Source: Eledone cirrhosa
Lineage: Eukaryota
DNA length: 64,000 nucleotides
Direction: 5' to 3'
Assembly: GCA_964016885.1 (NCBI GenBank)
Contig: OZ024744.1
Location: forward strand, 118,296,001-118,360,000
Shown here: positions 1 to 14,350 of the stretch, piece after piece
Layout: each line of letters opens with the position of its first letter
How positions within the stretch are numbered: position 1 is the first letter of the stretch
Made by a program: the position numbers and the translations under genes
Notes under the pieces: model-generated
What the model saw: the letters and a program-made list of their open reading frames with translations, nothing else
What the model was told of the DNA's origin: nothing
Databases searched by the model: none

Positions 1-470
1 GGAGATATAATCAGATCATGTCAGGGAAGGTAGATGTCATATGTGACAGGTACACGGGAGATATATCATGTCAGGGAAGGTAGATGTCATATATGACAGG
101 TACACAGGAGATATCATATCATGTCAGGGTAGGTAGATGTCATATGTGACAGGTACACAGGAGATATATCATGTCAGGGAAGGTAGATGTCATACGTGAC
201 AGGTACACAGGAGATATATCATGTCAGGGAAGGTAGATGTCAGATCTGACAGGTACACAGGAGATATGATATCATGACAGGAAAGGTAGATGTCATATGT
301 GACAGGTACACAGGAGATATGATATCATGTCAGGGAAGGTAGATGTCATATGTGACAGGTACACAGGAGATATGATATGTCAGGGTAGGTAGATGTCATA
401 TGTGACAGGTACACAGGAGATATGAGATCATGTCAAGGAAGGTAGATGTTATATGTGACAGGTACACAGG
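1..470 (+). repeat. ~51-56 bp minisatellite (GTCAGGGAAGGTAGATGTCATATGTGACAGGTACACAGGAGATAT...), about 8 units
   Basis: Unit visibly repeated; the last unit runs directly into an RTE ORF remnant. Confidence 0.95.
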
Positions 471-910
471 AATAGTCAATAGGAAAGGAACTCAGGAAAT
501 AGACTCCCTGAAATATTCAGAAGGTTGACTAGAAGTAGTTGATAGCTTTTGCTATCTAGGTGCCTTCATTAGCAATGGTAATAGATGTATTGAAAGTGAT
601 GTTACCAGAGTGAGAAGAGGATGGAAAACATTCAGGGCAGATTCTATGAGGCTTGTATTTGAACTGCTATGTTACATGGCAGTGAAACCTGGATCAGATT
701 GTGAAAGTGGCTGAAAGAGTTTTAGCTCAACTAATTACAAATAGAATTAGATGAGATGCAGTTTGGATTTGTGCCAGGGTAGAGTACAAATGATACCTTC
801 TTAGTGAAACAACTGTACATGGAACTGAGAAAATGGACTCCCTCAAGTGTTCAGAAGGTTTACTAGAAGTAGTTAACCGTGAAAGTGTTGTAACAAGTGT
901 GAGCAGAGAA
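430..910 (+). mobile_element. Decayed RTE LINE fragments
   Basis: Translates to LEVVDSFCYLG...RVRRGWKTFR and TAMLHGSETW, matching the intact RTE ORF at 19553-22672. Confidence 0.8.
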
Positions 911-1159
911 TAAAAAACTAGCATTATAACCTTGCCAAACTGTAAGCTGAAATTATAGTATTTGTGATAATGATGCTTATAATTATGAGAATGAGGTGCA
1001 CACTATAGAGCAAGCCTATGGTGCTAAATACCCAAGTGTTCCTCTGCTCATAATTATGATTTGATAGTATTGTAGGTTAACAATATTTCTCATGCAATAC
1101 TCTGATAATAATCAAGAATTTAGGGAGATTCAGTAATGTAATTTTCTCATTATCAAGAT

Positions 1160-2228
1160 GGTGTTTGGAACGTAACTTAAGGTTCTTATATAAAATTATG
1201 ATGGGAGGTTTTTAGATAAATATAAACACTTTAACATAAACAGTTCTGTATGATAGAACCAGGGGTGTTTGGAACATAACTTAACAAATGTTCTTACATA
1301 AAATTATGATGGAAGGTTTTTAGATAAATACTAGCAGAATGGCCTGGCGTTGCTCGGGATTTGCTCTAGGGTTCTTTTATATTTCATATATATTTATCCT
1401 TCTCGAGCCTCGTGAAATAAATACGTTTGTTTATATTTTGTTATTGTGTATGCAAAAATATCTGTACACGAATATATAAATAACACGCGAAATAAATACT
1501 TTTGTTTATGCAAAAATATCTGTACACGAATATATAATTATATATATATTAAAATAACATATTAAAGTTTGAGCAAAGAATCGCTGCTGTCACCCTTAAC
1601 GGGATCTTCTGAAACTAAAATAATAAATCTGTGAATGCAGAAGTAATTATTTCGAAAAACGTTACACACTATATATATACATATATACACACTATATATA
1701 CATATACACACACACACACATAGCGACGTCATAATGATGTAATGCAGACAGTCAGGCATACAGACAGATATTATAAGGGCGCGACGTTATATCTATGTAT
1801 CTATCTAAAAAGAGAAAAACTAAGAGTCATAGACAGAGATCACTAAATCGCCTAATGCAGTGCCTAGGGCATTGAAAATTTGAAATTTTCTTTGCTCAAA
1901 ACATGCACGGGACCATAAGTATTACATGTGTAAAGTTTGAAAAAACTCGGTTGGGTGGTTCTCGAGTTTTAGTGATTGGACAGACAAACAGACATTCTCT
2001 GTTTTAGTAATATAGATAAACACTAACATAAACAGTTTTGTATGACAGAAGCAGGGGTGTTTGGAACATAACTTAACAACGGTTCTCACATAAAATTGTG
2101 ATGGAAGGTTTTTAGATAAATATAAACACTAACAAACAGTTTTGTATGATAGAACCTGGGGTGTTTGGAACATAACTTAACAAAAGTTCTCACATAAAAT
2201 TATGATGCAAGGATTTTAGATAAATATT
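1160..2228 (+). repeat. ~105-bp tandem repeat, 4 units, second unit split by a Helitron
   Basis: GGTGTTTGGAACATAACTTAAC...TAAAATTATGATGGAAGGTTTTTAGATAAATAT recurs near 1160, 1263, 2055 and 2159. Confidence 0.9.
1331..2016 (-). mobile_element. Non-autonomous Helitron
   Basis: Minus strand starts TCTATATTAC and ends with a CCCGAGCAACGCCAGG hairpin then CTAG; inserted between A and T without TSD; removing it restores the tandem unit TAGATAAATATAAACACTAAC. Confidence 0.9.
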
Positions 2229-3004
2229 GCCATTATTTCTAATTGCCTATGTTTTAAAATAATTTTGGAAATTATCAAGAATTTGAAAAAATTTTGTAAG
2301 ATAACTAATGTTTCCATTATTAAGATGGTGTCTGGAACATGTAACTACATCTATTTTTGATGTCAGCATGGCTTTGAAAAGATCCGTCATAAACAACAGT
2401 ACTATGACTTACATAATGTACAAGGTGTGTTTAATGTGGAACCACTGCTACCCTTAAATGGTGTACTGGCTGTAATTTAACAACTGGAGATTGTCCTTAA
2501 CCCTTAATGCCAACTACCTTAGACAATGTACTAGGTGTATTTTTGTCACAACTACTACTTTACAGGGTGTACTGGGTGTAATTTATCATGGCACCACTAC
2601 CTTAGACAATGTACTAGCTGTATTTTTACATCACAACTACTACTTTACAGCGTGTGCTGGGTGTAATTTATTATGGTATCAACACGAGAGATTGTCACTT
2701 GTTTATCTTGAAGTAAGAATCTTCTCATACCCTATATTGTATCCTCTAGTTTCTCACTGCGTTACTCTGAGTCACAATTTATTCTACTGATGAACAAATC
2801 TTTTGAATGATGCCATCTCACCAGTTAGCTTAGTCCTGTGTCATCTCCTTCAGTTCATTCTTCACAACATTGTCCCATGTCACCCTCTTCCACAGATTCC
2901 ATCATCTACTTTAAGTACTCAATACAATTTTATACAATTCTAACTCTCCTTACCATACCAATACAATTGTTTTTCTTACACACTACATTCAATTCCTCTT
3001 ATCT

Positions 3005-6000
3005 CTCAACACTACAACGCTGTGGTACCATGTCAACTCTACAACACTGTGGTACCATGTCAACACTACAACGCTGTGGTACCATGTCAACACTACAACG
3101 CTGTGGTACCATGTCAACTCTACAACACTGTGGTACCATGTCAACTCTACAACACTGTGGTACCATGTCAACACTACAACGCTGTGGTACTGTCAACGCT
3201 ACAACACTGTGGTACCATGTCAACACTACTACGCTGTGGTACTGTCAACACTGAGGTAGTGTAAACACTACAATACTGTGGTACTTTCAACACTGAGGTA
3301 CTATGTTAACATGGTGGTACTGTCAGCACTACAACACTGTGGTACTAAGTCAACACTACTACACTGTGGTACTAAGTCAACACTACTACACTGTGGTACT
3401 ATCAACACTACTACACTGTGGTACCATCAACATTACAACACTGTGGTAGTATGTCAACACTACAACACTGTGGTAGTATGTCAACAATACAACACTGTGG
3501 TACTATGTCAACACTACAACACTGTGGTACTGTCAACACTACAACACTGTGGTAGTATGTCAACAATACAACACTGTGGTACTATGTCAACACTACAACA
3601 CTGTGGTACCATCAACATTACAACACTGTGGTAGTATGTCAACACTACAACACTGTGGTAGTATGTCAACAATACAACACTGTGGTACTATGTCAACACT
3701 ACAACACTGTGGTACTGTCAACACTACAACACTGTGGTACTATGTCAACACTACAACACTGTGGTACCATCAACATTACAACACTGTGGTAGTATGTCAA
3801 CACTACAACACTGTGGTAGTATGTCAACAATACAACACTGTGGTACTATGTCAACACTACAACACTGTGGTACCATCAACATTACAACACTGTGGTAGTA
3901 TGTCAACACTACAACACTGTGGTAGTATGTCAACAATACAACACTGTGGTACTATGTCAACACTACAACACTGTGGTACTGTCAACACTACAACACTGTG
4001 GTACTATGTCAACACTACAACACTGTGGTACCATCAACATTACAACACTGTGGTAGTATGTCAACACTACAACACTGTGGTAGTATGTCAACAATACAAC
4101 ACTGTGGTACTATGTCAACACTACAACACTGTGGTACTGTCAACACTACAACACTGTGGTACTATGTCAACACTACTACACTGTGGTACCATCAACATTA
4201 CAACACTGTGGTAGTATGTCAACACTACAACACTGTGGTACCATCAACATTACAACACTGTGGTACTGTCAACACTGTGGTAAAGTCAACACTACTACAC
4301 TGTGGTACTATGTCAACACTACAACACTGTGGTAGTATGTCAACAATACAACACTGTGGTACTATGTCAACACTACAACACTGTGGTACTGTCAACACTA
4401 CAACACTGTGGTACTGTCAACACTACAACACTGTGGTACTGTCAACACTACTACGCTGTGGTACTGTCAACACTACTACGCTGTGGTACTGTCAACACTA
4501 CAACACTGTGGTACTGTCAACACTGTGCTACTGTCAACACTACAACACTGTGCTACTGTCAACACTACTACGCTGTGGTACTGTCAACACTACAACACTG
4601 TGGTACTGTCAACACTGTGGTACTAAGTCAACACTACAACACTGTGGTACTAAGTCAACACTACTACACTGTGGTACTAAGTCAACACTACTACACTGTG
4701 GTACTAAGTCAACACTACTACACTGTGCTACTGTCAACACTACTACACTGTGGTACTGTCAACACTACAACACTGTGGTACTGTCAACACTGTGGTACTA
4801 AGTCAACACTACTACACTGTGCTACTGTCAACACTACTACGCTGTGGTACTGTCAACACTACAACACTGTGGTACTGTCAACACTGTGGTACTAAGTCAA
4901 CACTACAACACTGTGGTACTGTCAACACTACAACACTGTGGTACTAAGTCAACACTACTACACTGTGGTACTAAGTCAACACTACTACACTGTGGTACTG
5001 TCAACACTACATTGTAGTACTGTCAACACTACAACACTGTGGTACTGTCAACACTACTACACTGTGGTACTAAGTCAACACTACTACACTGTGGTACTGT
5101 CAACACTACAACATTGTAGTACTGTCAACACTACAACACTGTGGTACTGTCAACACTACTACACTGTGGTACTGTCAACACTACAACACTGTGGTACTGT
5201 CAACACTACAACATTGTAGTACTGTCAACACTACAACACTGTGGTACTGTCAACACTACTACACTGTGGTACTGTCAACACTACAACATTGTAGTACTGT
5301 CAACACTACAACACTGTGGTACTGTCAACACTACAACACTGTGGTACTGTCAACACTACAACACTGTGGTACTGTCAACACTACAACACTGTGGTACTGT
5401 CAACACTACTACACTGTGGTACTGTCAACACTACAACACTGTGGTACTGTCAACACTACAACATTGTAGTACTGTCAACACTACAACACTGTGGTACTGT
5501 CAACACTACTACACTGTGGTACTGTCAACACTACAACATTGTAGTACTGTCAACACTACAACACTGTGGTACTGTCAACACTACAACACTGTGGTACTGT
5601 CAACACTACAACACTGTGGTACTGTCAACACTACAACACTGTGGTACTGTCAACACTACTACACTGTGGTACTGTCAACACTACAACATTGTAGTACTGT
5701 CAACACTACAACACTGTGGTACTGTCAACACTACAACACTGTGGTACTGTCAACACTACAACACTGTGGTACTGTCAACACTACAACACTGTGGTACTGT
5801 CAACACTACTACACTGTGGTACTGTCAACACTACAACACTGTGGTACTGTCAACACTACAACATTGTAGTACTGTCAACACTACAACACTGTGGTACTGT
5901 CAACACTACTACACTGTGGTACTGTCAACACTACAACATTGTAGTACTGTCAACACTACAACACTGTGGTACTGTCAACACTACAACACTGTGGTACTGT

Positions 6001-9000
6001 CAACACTACAACACTGTGGTACTGTCAACACTACAACACTGTGGTACTGTCAACACTACTACACTGTGGTACTGTCAACACTACAACACTGTGGTACTGT
6101 CAACACTACAACATTGTAGTACTGTCAACACTACAACACTGTGGTACTGTCAACACTACTACACTGTGGTACTGTCAACACTACAACATTGTAGTACTGT
6201 CAACACTACAACACTGTGGTACTGTCAACACTACAACACTGTGGTACTGTCAACACTACAACACTGTGGTACTGTCAACACTACAACACTGTGGTACTGT
6301 CAACACTACTACACTGTGGTACTGTCAACACTACAACATTGTAGTACTGTCAACACTACAACACTGTGGTACTGTCAACACTACTACACTGTGGTACTGT
6401 CAACACTACAACACTGTGGTACTGTCAACACTACAACATTGTAGTACTGTCAACACTACAACACTGTGGTACTGTCAACACTACTACACTGTGGTACTGT
6501 CAACACTACAACATTGTAGTACTGTCAACACTACAACACTGTGGTACTGTCAACACTACAACACTGAGGTACTGTCAACACTACAACACTATGGTACTGC
6601 CAACACTACAACGCTGCAGTACCGTGTCAACACTACAACACTGTGGTACTGTCAACACTACGACACTGTGGTACTGTCAACACTACAACACTGTGGTTCT
6701 GTCAACACTACAACACTGTGGTTCTGTCAACACTGTGGTACTGTCAACACTGTCGTACTATGTCAATACTACATCACTGTGGTTATGTCAAAACTACAAC
6801 ACTGGTACTGTCAACTCTGTGGTACTATGTCAACACTACAACACTGTCATACTGACAACAATGAGGTACTATGTCAACAACACAACACTGTGGTGCTGCC
6901 AACACTACAACAATGTGGTACCATGTCAACGCTACAACACTGTGGTACTGTGAACACTATTACACTGTGAACACTATTACGCTGTGGTACTGTGAATACT
7001 ATTACACTGTGGTACTGTGAATACTACAACACTGTAGTACTCTCAACACTGTGGTACTATGTCAACACTACTACACTGTGGTACTGTCAACACTGTGGTA
7101 CTGCCAACACTACAACACTGTGGTACTGTCAACACTACAACACTGGTACTGCCAACACTGCAGTACTGGGTCAACACTACAACACTGTAGTACTGCCAAC
7201 ACTACAACACTGCAGTACCATGTCAACACTACAACACTGTGGTAGTCAACACTATGACTGTGCTACTGTCAACACTACAACACTGTGGTACTATGTCAAC
7301 ACTACTACACTGTGGTACTGTTAACACTACAACACTGTGGTACTGTTAACACTACAACACTGTGGTACTGTGTCAACACTACCATGCTGTGGTGCTGTCA
7401 ACACTACAACACTATGGTACTATGTCAACACTACTACACTGTGGTACTGTCAACACTACAACACTGTAGTACTGTCAACACTACAACACTGTGGTACTGT
7501 CAATACTATGGTACTATGTCAACGCTACAACACTGAGGTACTGTCAACACTACAACACTGTGGTACTGTCAACACTACTACACTGGTACTGTATCAACAC
7601 TACAACACTGTGGTACTGTCACCACTACAATACTATGGTACCATGTCAACACTAATACACTGTAGTAATGTCAACACTGTTGTACTATTTCAACATTACA
7701 ACACTTTGGTACTGTCAACACTACACTGTGGTACCGTCAACACTACTACACTGTGGTACTATGTCAACACTACTACACTGTCGTACTGTCAACACTACAA
7801 CACTGGTACTGCCAACATTGTGGTACTCTGTCAATACTACAACACTGTGGTATTGTCAACGCTACAACAATGTGATAGTGTCAACACAACACTATGGTAC
7901 TATGTCAACACTACAACACTGTGGTACTATGTCAACACTACAACACTATGGTACTGCAACACTACGGTACTATGTCAACACTACAACACTGTGGTACTAT
8001 GTCAACACTACAACACTGTGGTACTATCAACACTACAACACTGTGGTACTGTCAACACTACAACACTGATACTGTCAACACTACAATACTACTCACTGTG
8101 GTAGTGTCAATACTACAACACTGTGGTACTGTCAACACTGCAATACTGTGGTACTGCCAACACTACAACACTGTGGTACTGTGAACACTACTACACTGTG
8201 GTAGTCAATACTACAACACTGCAATACTGTCGTACTGTCAACACTACTACACAGTGGTACTATCAACACTGGTACTATGTCAACACTACAACACTGTGGT
8301 ACTGTCAACACTACAACACTGTGGTACTATGTCAACACTACAACACTGTGGTACTGTCAACACTACAACACTGTGGTACTATGTTAACACTACAGCACTG
8401 TGGTACTATGTTAACACTACTACACTGTGGTACTATGTTAACACTACTACACTGTGGTACTGTCAACACTGCTACACTGTGGTATTATGTCAAAACTACA
8501 AAACAGTGGTACTGTCAACACTACAACACTGTGGTACTATGTCAACACAACACTGTGGTACTGTCAACACTACAACACTCTGGCAGTATGTCAACACTAC
8601 AACACTATGGTACTGTCAACACAACAACACTACAGCACTGTGGTACTGTCAACACTGCTATACTGTGGCACTGTCAACACTGTGGTAAAGTCAACACCAC
8701 TACACTCTGGTACTGTCAACACTGTGGTACTATGTCAACACTACAACACTGTGGTACTGTCAACACTATAACACTGGTAGTATGTCAACACTATATCACT
8801 GTGGTAGTATGTCAACACTACAGCACTGTGGTACTGTCAACACTGTGGTAAAGTCAACACTACTACACTCTGGTACTATGTCAACACTACAACACTGTGG
8901 TACTATCAACACTATAACACTGGTAGTATGTCAACACTATATCACTGTGGTAGTATGTCAACACTACAGCACTGTGGTACTGTCAACACTGTGGTAAAGT

Positions 9001-10561
9001 CAACACTGTGGTACTATTTCAACACTACAACACTGTGGTACTGTCAACACTACAGCACTGTGGTACTGTCAACACTACTACACTGTGGTACTGTCAACAC
9101 TGTGGTAAAGTCAACACTACTACACTGTGGTACTATGTCAACACTACAACACTGTGGTACTATGTCAACACTACTACACTGTGGTACTATGTCAACACTA
9201 CTACACTGTGGTACTGTCAACACTACATCATTGTGGTACTGTCAACACTACATCATTGTGGTACTATGTCAACACTACAGCACTGTGGTACTGTCAACAC
9301 TACTACAGTGGTACTGTCAACACTACAACACTGTGGTACTATGTCAACACTACTACACTGTGGTACTGTCAACACTGTGGTACTGTCAACACTACAACAC
9401 TGTGGTACTATGTCAACACTACTACACTGTAGTACTATGTCAACACTACTACACTGTGGTACTGTCAACACTACAACACTGTGGTACTGTCAACACTACA
9501 ACACTGTGGTACTGTCAACACTACAACACTGTGGTACTATGTCAACACTACTACACTGTGGTACTATGTCAACACTACTACACTGGTACTGTCAACACTA
9601 CAGCACTGTGGTACTGTCAACACTACAACACTACAGCACTGTGGTACTGTCAACACTACAACACTGTGGTACTATGTCAACACTACTACACTGTGGTACT
9701 ATGTCAACACTACAACACTGTGGTACTGTCAACACTACTACACTGTGGTACTATGTCAACACTACAACACTGGTACTGTCAACACTACAACACTGTGGTA
9801 CTGTCAACACGGTGGTACTATGTCAACACTACAACACTGTGGTACTATGTCAACACTACAACACTGTGGTATTATGTCAACACTACTACACTGTGGTACT
9901 ATGTCAACACTACTACACTGTGGTACTGTCAACACTACAACACTGTGGTACTGTCAACACTACTACACTGTGGTACTGTCAACACTACAACACTGTGGTA
10001 CTGTCAACACTACAACACTGTGGTACTGTCAACACTACAACACTGTGGTACTGTCAACACTACAACACTGTGGTACTGTCAACACTACAACACTGTGGTA
10101 CTGTCAACACTACAACACTGTGGTACTGTCAACACTACTACACTGTGGTACTGTCAACACTACTACACTGTGGTACTGTCAACACTACTACACTGTGGTA
10201 CTGTCAACACTACAACACTGTGGTACTGTCAACACTACAACACTGTGGTACTGTCAACACTACTACACTGTGGTACTGTCAACACTACAACACTGTGGTA
10301 CTGTCAACACTACTACACTGTGGTACTGTCAACACTACTACACTGTGGTACTGTCAACACTACAACACTGTGGTACTGTCAACACTACAACACTGTGGTA
10401 CTATGTCAACACTACTACACTGTGGTACTGTCAACACTACAACACTGTGGTACTGTCAACACGGTGGTACTATGTCAACACTACAACACTGTGGTACTGT
10501 CAACACTACAACACTGTGGTACTGTCAACACGGTGGTACTATGTCAACACTACAACACTGT
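3005..10561. repeat. 7.5-kb satellite, 25/27-bp unit GTCAACACTACAACACTGTGGTACT(AT)
   Basis: Hundreds of head-to-tail units; homogeneous blocks at ~5090-6550 and ~9920-10380, diverged middle. Confidence 0.99.
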
Positions 10562-11348
10562 TACACTGATGTACCACTAGGTGGTAACATTATCACTAAA
10601 CTGTTACTATTACTACTAAACAAACCTGAATGTCTAAACATGTAACATTTGTATTCTAGAAAGTTCAACAGTTATAGAATCTTAAGAACGTTCAATTCTT
10701 TTCTAAACACCAGCTTAATGTTGAATGTTTCTTATATGACTAAATACCTCCAAATTGTTGATTACTTTCAGAATGTCTTTCTTTAGAAATATGATAATGA
10801 AAGGATTAACAGAAATTCTTTGTATGACAGCTCAGGAAACAATATATTTTTAGCCTACTACACAAAAGACTGAAAGTAGTGTTTTAAGTTCTGTTGATAT
10901 CAATCATCTAAAAAGCATCTCTTCATTTATAATTTTAAAAAAACTTCCAACATGCTGGAAACCACCTTCCATCATAGATCAACCTCTTTATTTTTAATGA
11001 AACCCTTCCAGCAAAATTATACGATAGTAAGCCGAAAGTTCATAGGCTGACTATGAAGGAGTGATACTAGAGCTGTGAAATCTTACATGTTTTATTTTCA
11101 CTTTTTCTTAAAAATAAATGCATTGTTTCTTTCCAGGTACTATGTTGTAGAAAAATAAACCTCATTTTGGTCATTCCATGAGTATTTTGGTCAGCCTATG
11201 AACTTTTCAACCGATGCTTGTATACAAAGTAGTTTTTAGTTAAAGTCGGTGTTAGAAGAGACTTGAAAAAAAACAATGTTACAATACAATCCCCAGCCAG
11301 CAGCACCACTTCTAAATACAACAATGACAACAACAACAATCAACCTAC

Positions 11349-11556
11349 CTGGACTATTGGCTTCTTCCTCAAGTCGTTGTACTTGAGAACAATCTGAGGC
11401 ACTCTGTTCAAGAACTTGGGCAATAAATTTAACTTGGATCGGTGAGAGCCGTTTCAGCAATGAATACAAGGCCACTGTTTGTTCACATTCACTCCAACTT
11501 TGAAACCAATTTGATATAGTTTTCACTTGATCTTTAAACATATTATTAGACTTCAT
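11349..11556 (-). CDS. SAMD4: First coding exon of a Smaug/SAMD4-family RNA-binding translational repressor
   Basis: [65 protein letters not shown] matches the conserved SAMD4/Smaug N-terminus (MFRDQV...[20 protein letters not shown]...EANSPG); similarity ends at a phase-1 donor CCAG|GTAGGT; start is M at 11556 or the M five codons later. Confidence 0.92.
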
Positions 11557-11808
11557 CCTGTAACTTTACAAGCCAGTCTGTCTCCACTACACGTTTCTTC
11601 TTCTTCGTCGTCGTCGCCTTCTTCTTCGTCCTCTTCTTTCTATATGTCTATTTGCATTCTTCATATGCCAAGTTTTTGTAAGTGCGTCAACCAGCGAAAT
11701 ATTGAAATAAGGTTAAAAAAAAAGAAAAAAATAGTAATAATGGAACAACCAAAAATATCAGAAGTAGAAATGTTTATGGAAAATAAACATTAAATATCTA
11801 TGACATGG

Positions 11809-11880
<72 letters not shown>

Positions 11881-12224
11881 CACGAACTGGTTGTTCCGTT
11901 GACTATATCAACTGCTGCACTCGTCGTCGTAACTGACGGAGCGCCAGTGTAATGTGTGTATATGTATATATTTATACAATATACATACATATATATAGAT
12001 AGATAGATAGATAGATGTGTGTGTGTGTGTTATATTGAGCTTTTTTTAATGCCTTGATAGTTACTTTTAAAAAAACTTGTTTACGTTGTTAAAATATCGA
12101 TAATTTTTGTTGATGAAATGAAATGTACGAAAAGGTAAGTAGGTAGGTATCCGTGTTGAAAATCAGTGTACACCTCAGCTGTTGACGACGGCAATAGGGG
12201 GTGGCAGAGAGACGGTGGGGTGGG

Positions 12225-13008
12225 ACAGAGTGTGTATGTAAGGCAGAGATTGTATGTGAGAGAAAGATTGTGTATAAGACAGAGAATGTGTGTGCGAGAG
12301 AGAGATTGTGTGTGTGAGAGAGAGAGCGATTGTGTGTGTGAGAGAGAGATTGTGTGTATAAGACAGAGATTGTGTGTATAAGAGAAGAGAGAGAATGTAT
12401 GTACGAGAGAGAGATTGTGTGTGTGAGAGTGTATGACAGATTGAGTGTGAGAGAGAGAGAGAATGTGTGTGTGTGTGAGTGTGCGAGAGAGATTGTGCGT
12501 GTGAGAGACAAGCAGTTGTTATAAAGCAGTTGTTATAAAAGAAACATCATAGTTATAATTGGAACCAACAGCAACATCATCATCAACAACAGCAGTACCA
12601 ACACCAGCAGCAGCAGTAAGATATGAAACAAAAACAAAACAAAATAAAAATAATTTGGTAAGAAATAAAGAAATGATTTATAGAGAAAGACAAAATAATA
12701 TAAAAGAAATTCTACGAGTAAAAAGTAAAAGAAAATAGAATGACATGGCTTCTCTCCTGTGTATGTGTATCAATGTTTGTGTGTATACATAGATATGTAG
12801 GCATCGTTGTGACGACATATATATGTCTGTATTTGAGTAACTATGTATATATGTATGTGCATATATCTGTGTGTGTGTGTGTTATGTATATATGTATGTG
12901 CATATATCTGTCTGTGTATATATATATATATATATATATAGATATAGATTTAGATATATATGCATATATCTGTGTGTGTGTATATATATATGCATATATC
13001 TGTCTGTG

Positions 13009-13052
<44 letters not shown>

Positions 13053-13420
13053 TATATGTGTGTGTGTATATATATAGTTATATATATACACGCACAGATA
13101 TATACAGATAAGGATAAATATATATGTAGAGTGTGAGAGTAATAGAAAGAGTAAGAGGAAGACAGTGGAGGAAGGATGAAAACAGTTTCACTCACAATTC
13201 ATAAGGTGACATTTCAAGTTGTTAGTGGAGAATTTACGAAGGGAAAGACGAAAATAAAGTTTAAAAGAAAAAAAAAGAAGTGTAAAAGAAAAGAAAGATA
13301 GGAGACAAGGTTTATATATAATAGCCGCCTCACAAACACACAAGGCGAACTACGAAAGTATGGAACATTGAGTTTGTGGAGGTTAGCTCTGCTTTTTACT
13401 ATTTGGATGTTAATAACAAA

Positions 13421-13500
<80 letters not shown>

Positions 13501-13697
13501 GTATATGTGTGTGTGTGTATATATATATATATAATGTGTGTGTGTATATATATATGCATGTATGTGTATATATATGTATATATATTATATGCATGTATGA
13601 GTATGTATATATGTGTGTGTGTGTGTGTGTATATATACACACACATTCATCATTTTACGTCCGCTTTTCCCTGCTTGCAAGGGTTGACATATATATA

Positions 13698-13745
<48 letters not shown>

Positions 13746-13758
13746 AATATATACACAC

Positions 13759-13799
<41 letters not shown>

Positions 13800-13880
13800 C
13801 ACACATTTACACATACACATGTATACATATATATACACAGACATATATATATACACAGACATATATATATATATATAGTA
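12225..13880. repeat. Compound (GA)/(GT)/(TA)/(GCAC) microsatellite region
   Basis: Direct inspection. Confidence 0.9.
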
Positions 13881-14350
13881 ATAATAATAAATGTGAAGAC
13901 TAAAATCCAAAGAGGGCTCGATAAGGATAAATATATATCAAATATATAAGAACCGTAGAGCAAATATTTATTAAAATAACAGATTAAAGTTTAAGCAAAG
14001 AATCGCTGCTTTCACTCTTAACGAGATCTTCTGAAGCTAAAAAAAATCAATCTGTGAACGCAGAAGTAAATATTTCAAAAAACGCTGCAACCTAAGGAAG
14101 ACAGGAAGACGATACATTGGTTCGTGAAAATGTTCCCTGGCAATGAACGGAAAAGCGCGAAGATAATACGTGATTATGTGGAACGTGAGAACAATTACAC
14201 GCAAAGACAAAACCACGTTTATGGTTTAAATGGAGTCATTAGACTAATATTCCATTTAGGAAACCGAATAATTCTTGGCTTCAGAGTTAAGAATGAGCTA
14301 AATAAATTAGTAGAACGAAAATGACAGAGGTTATTAAAATCATAGTAAAA
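13878..14350 (-). mobile_element. Solo pseudo-LTR fragment of the Penelope-like family at 27975-31755
   Basis: Reverse complement closely matches ~28400-28922; further fragments at 1560-1665, 18860-19050, 33680-33975, 53145-53450 and 56790-56860. Confidence 0.85.

Noticed and set aside
3005-10561. CRISPR-like array, or array of Smaug recognition elements for autoregulation
   Set aside because: No unique spacers and no cas genes; the sense (minus) strand monomer has no CNGG-loop hairpin
2838-10645. Long ORFs up to 550 aa (STLQHCGTVNTTTLWYCQHY repeats)
   Set aside because: Open in all three plus frames because the 25-bp satellite monomer lacks stop codons; not coding evidence
12089-13963. [12 protein letters not shown] ORFs here and at 19303, 22919, 26311 and 42477-43443
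   Set aside because: Translations of dinucleotide microsatellites
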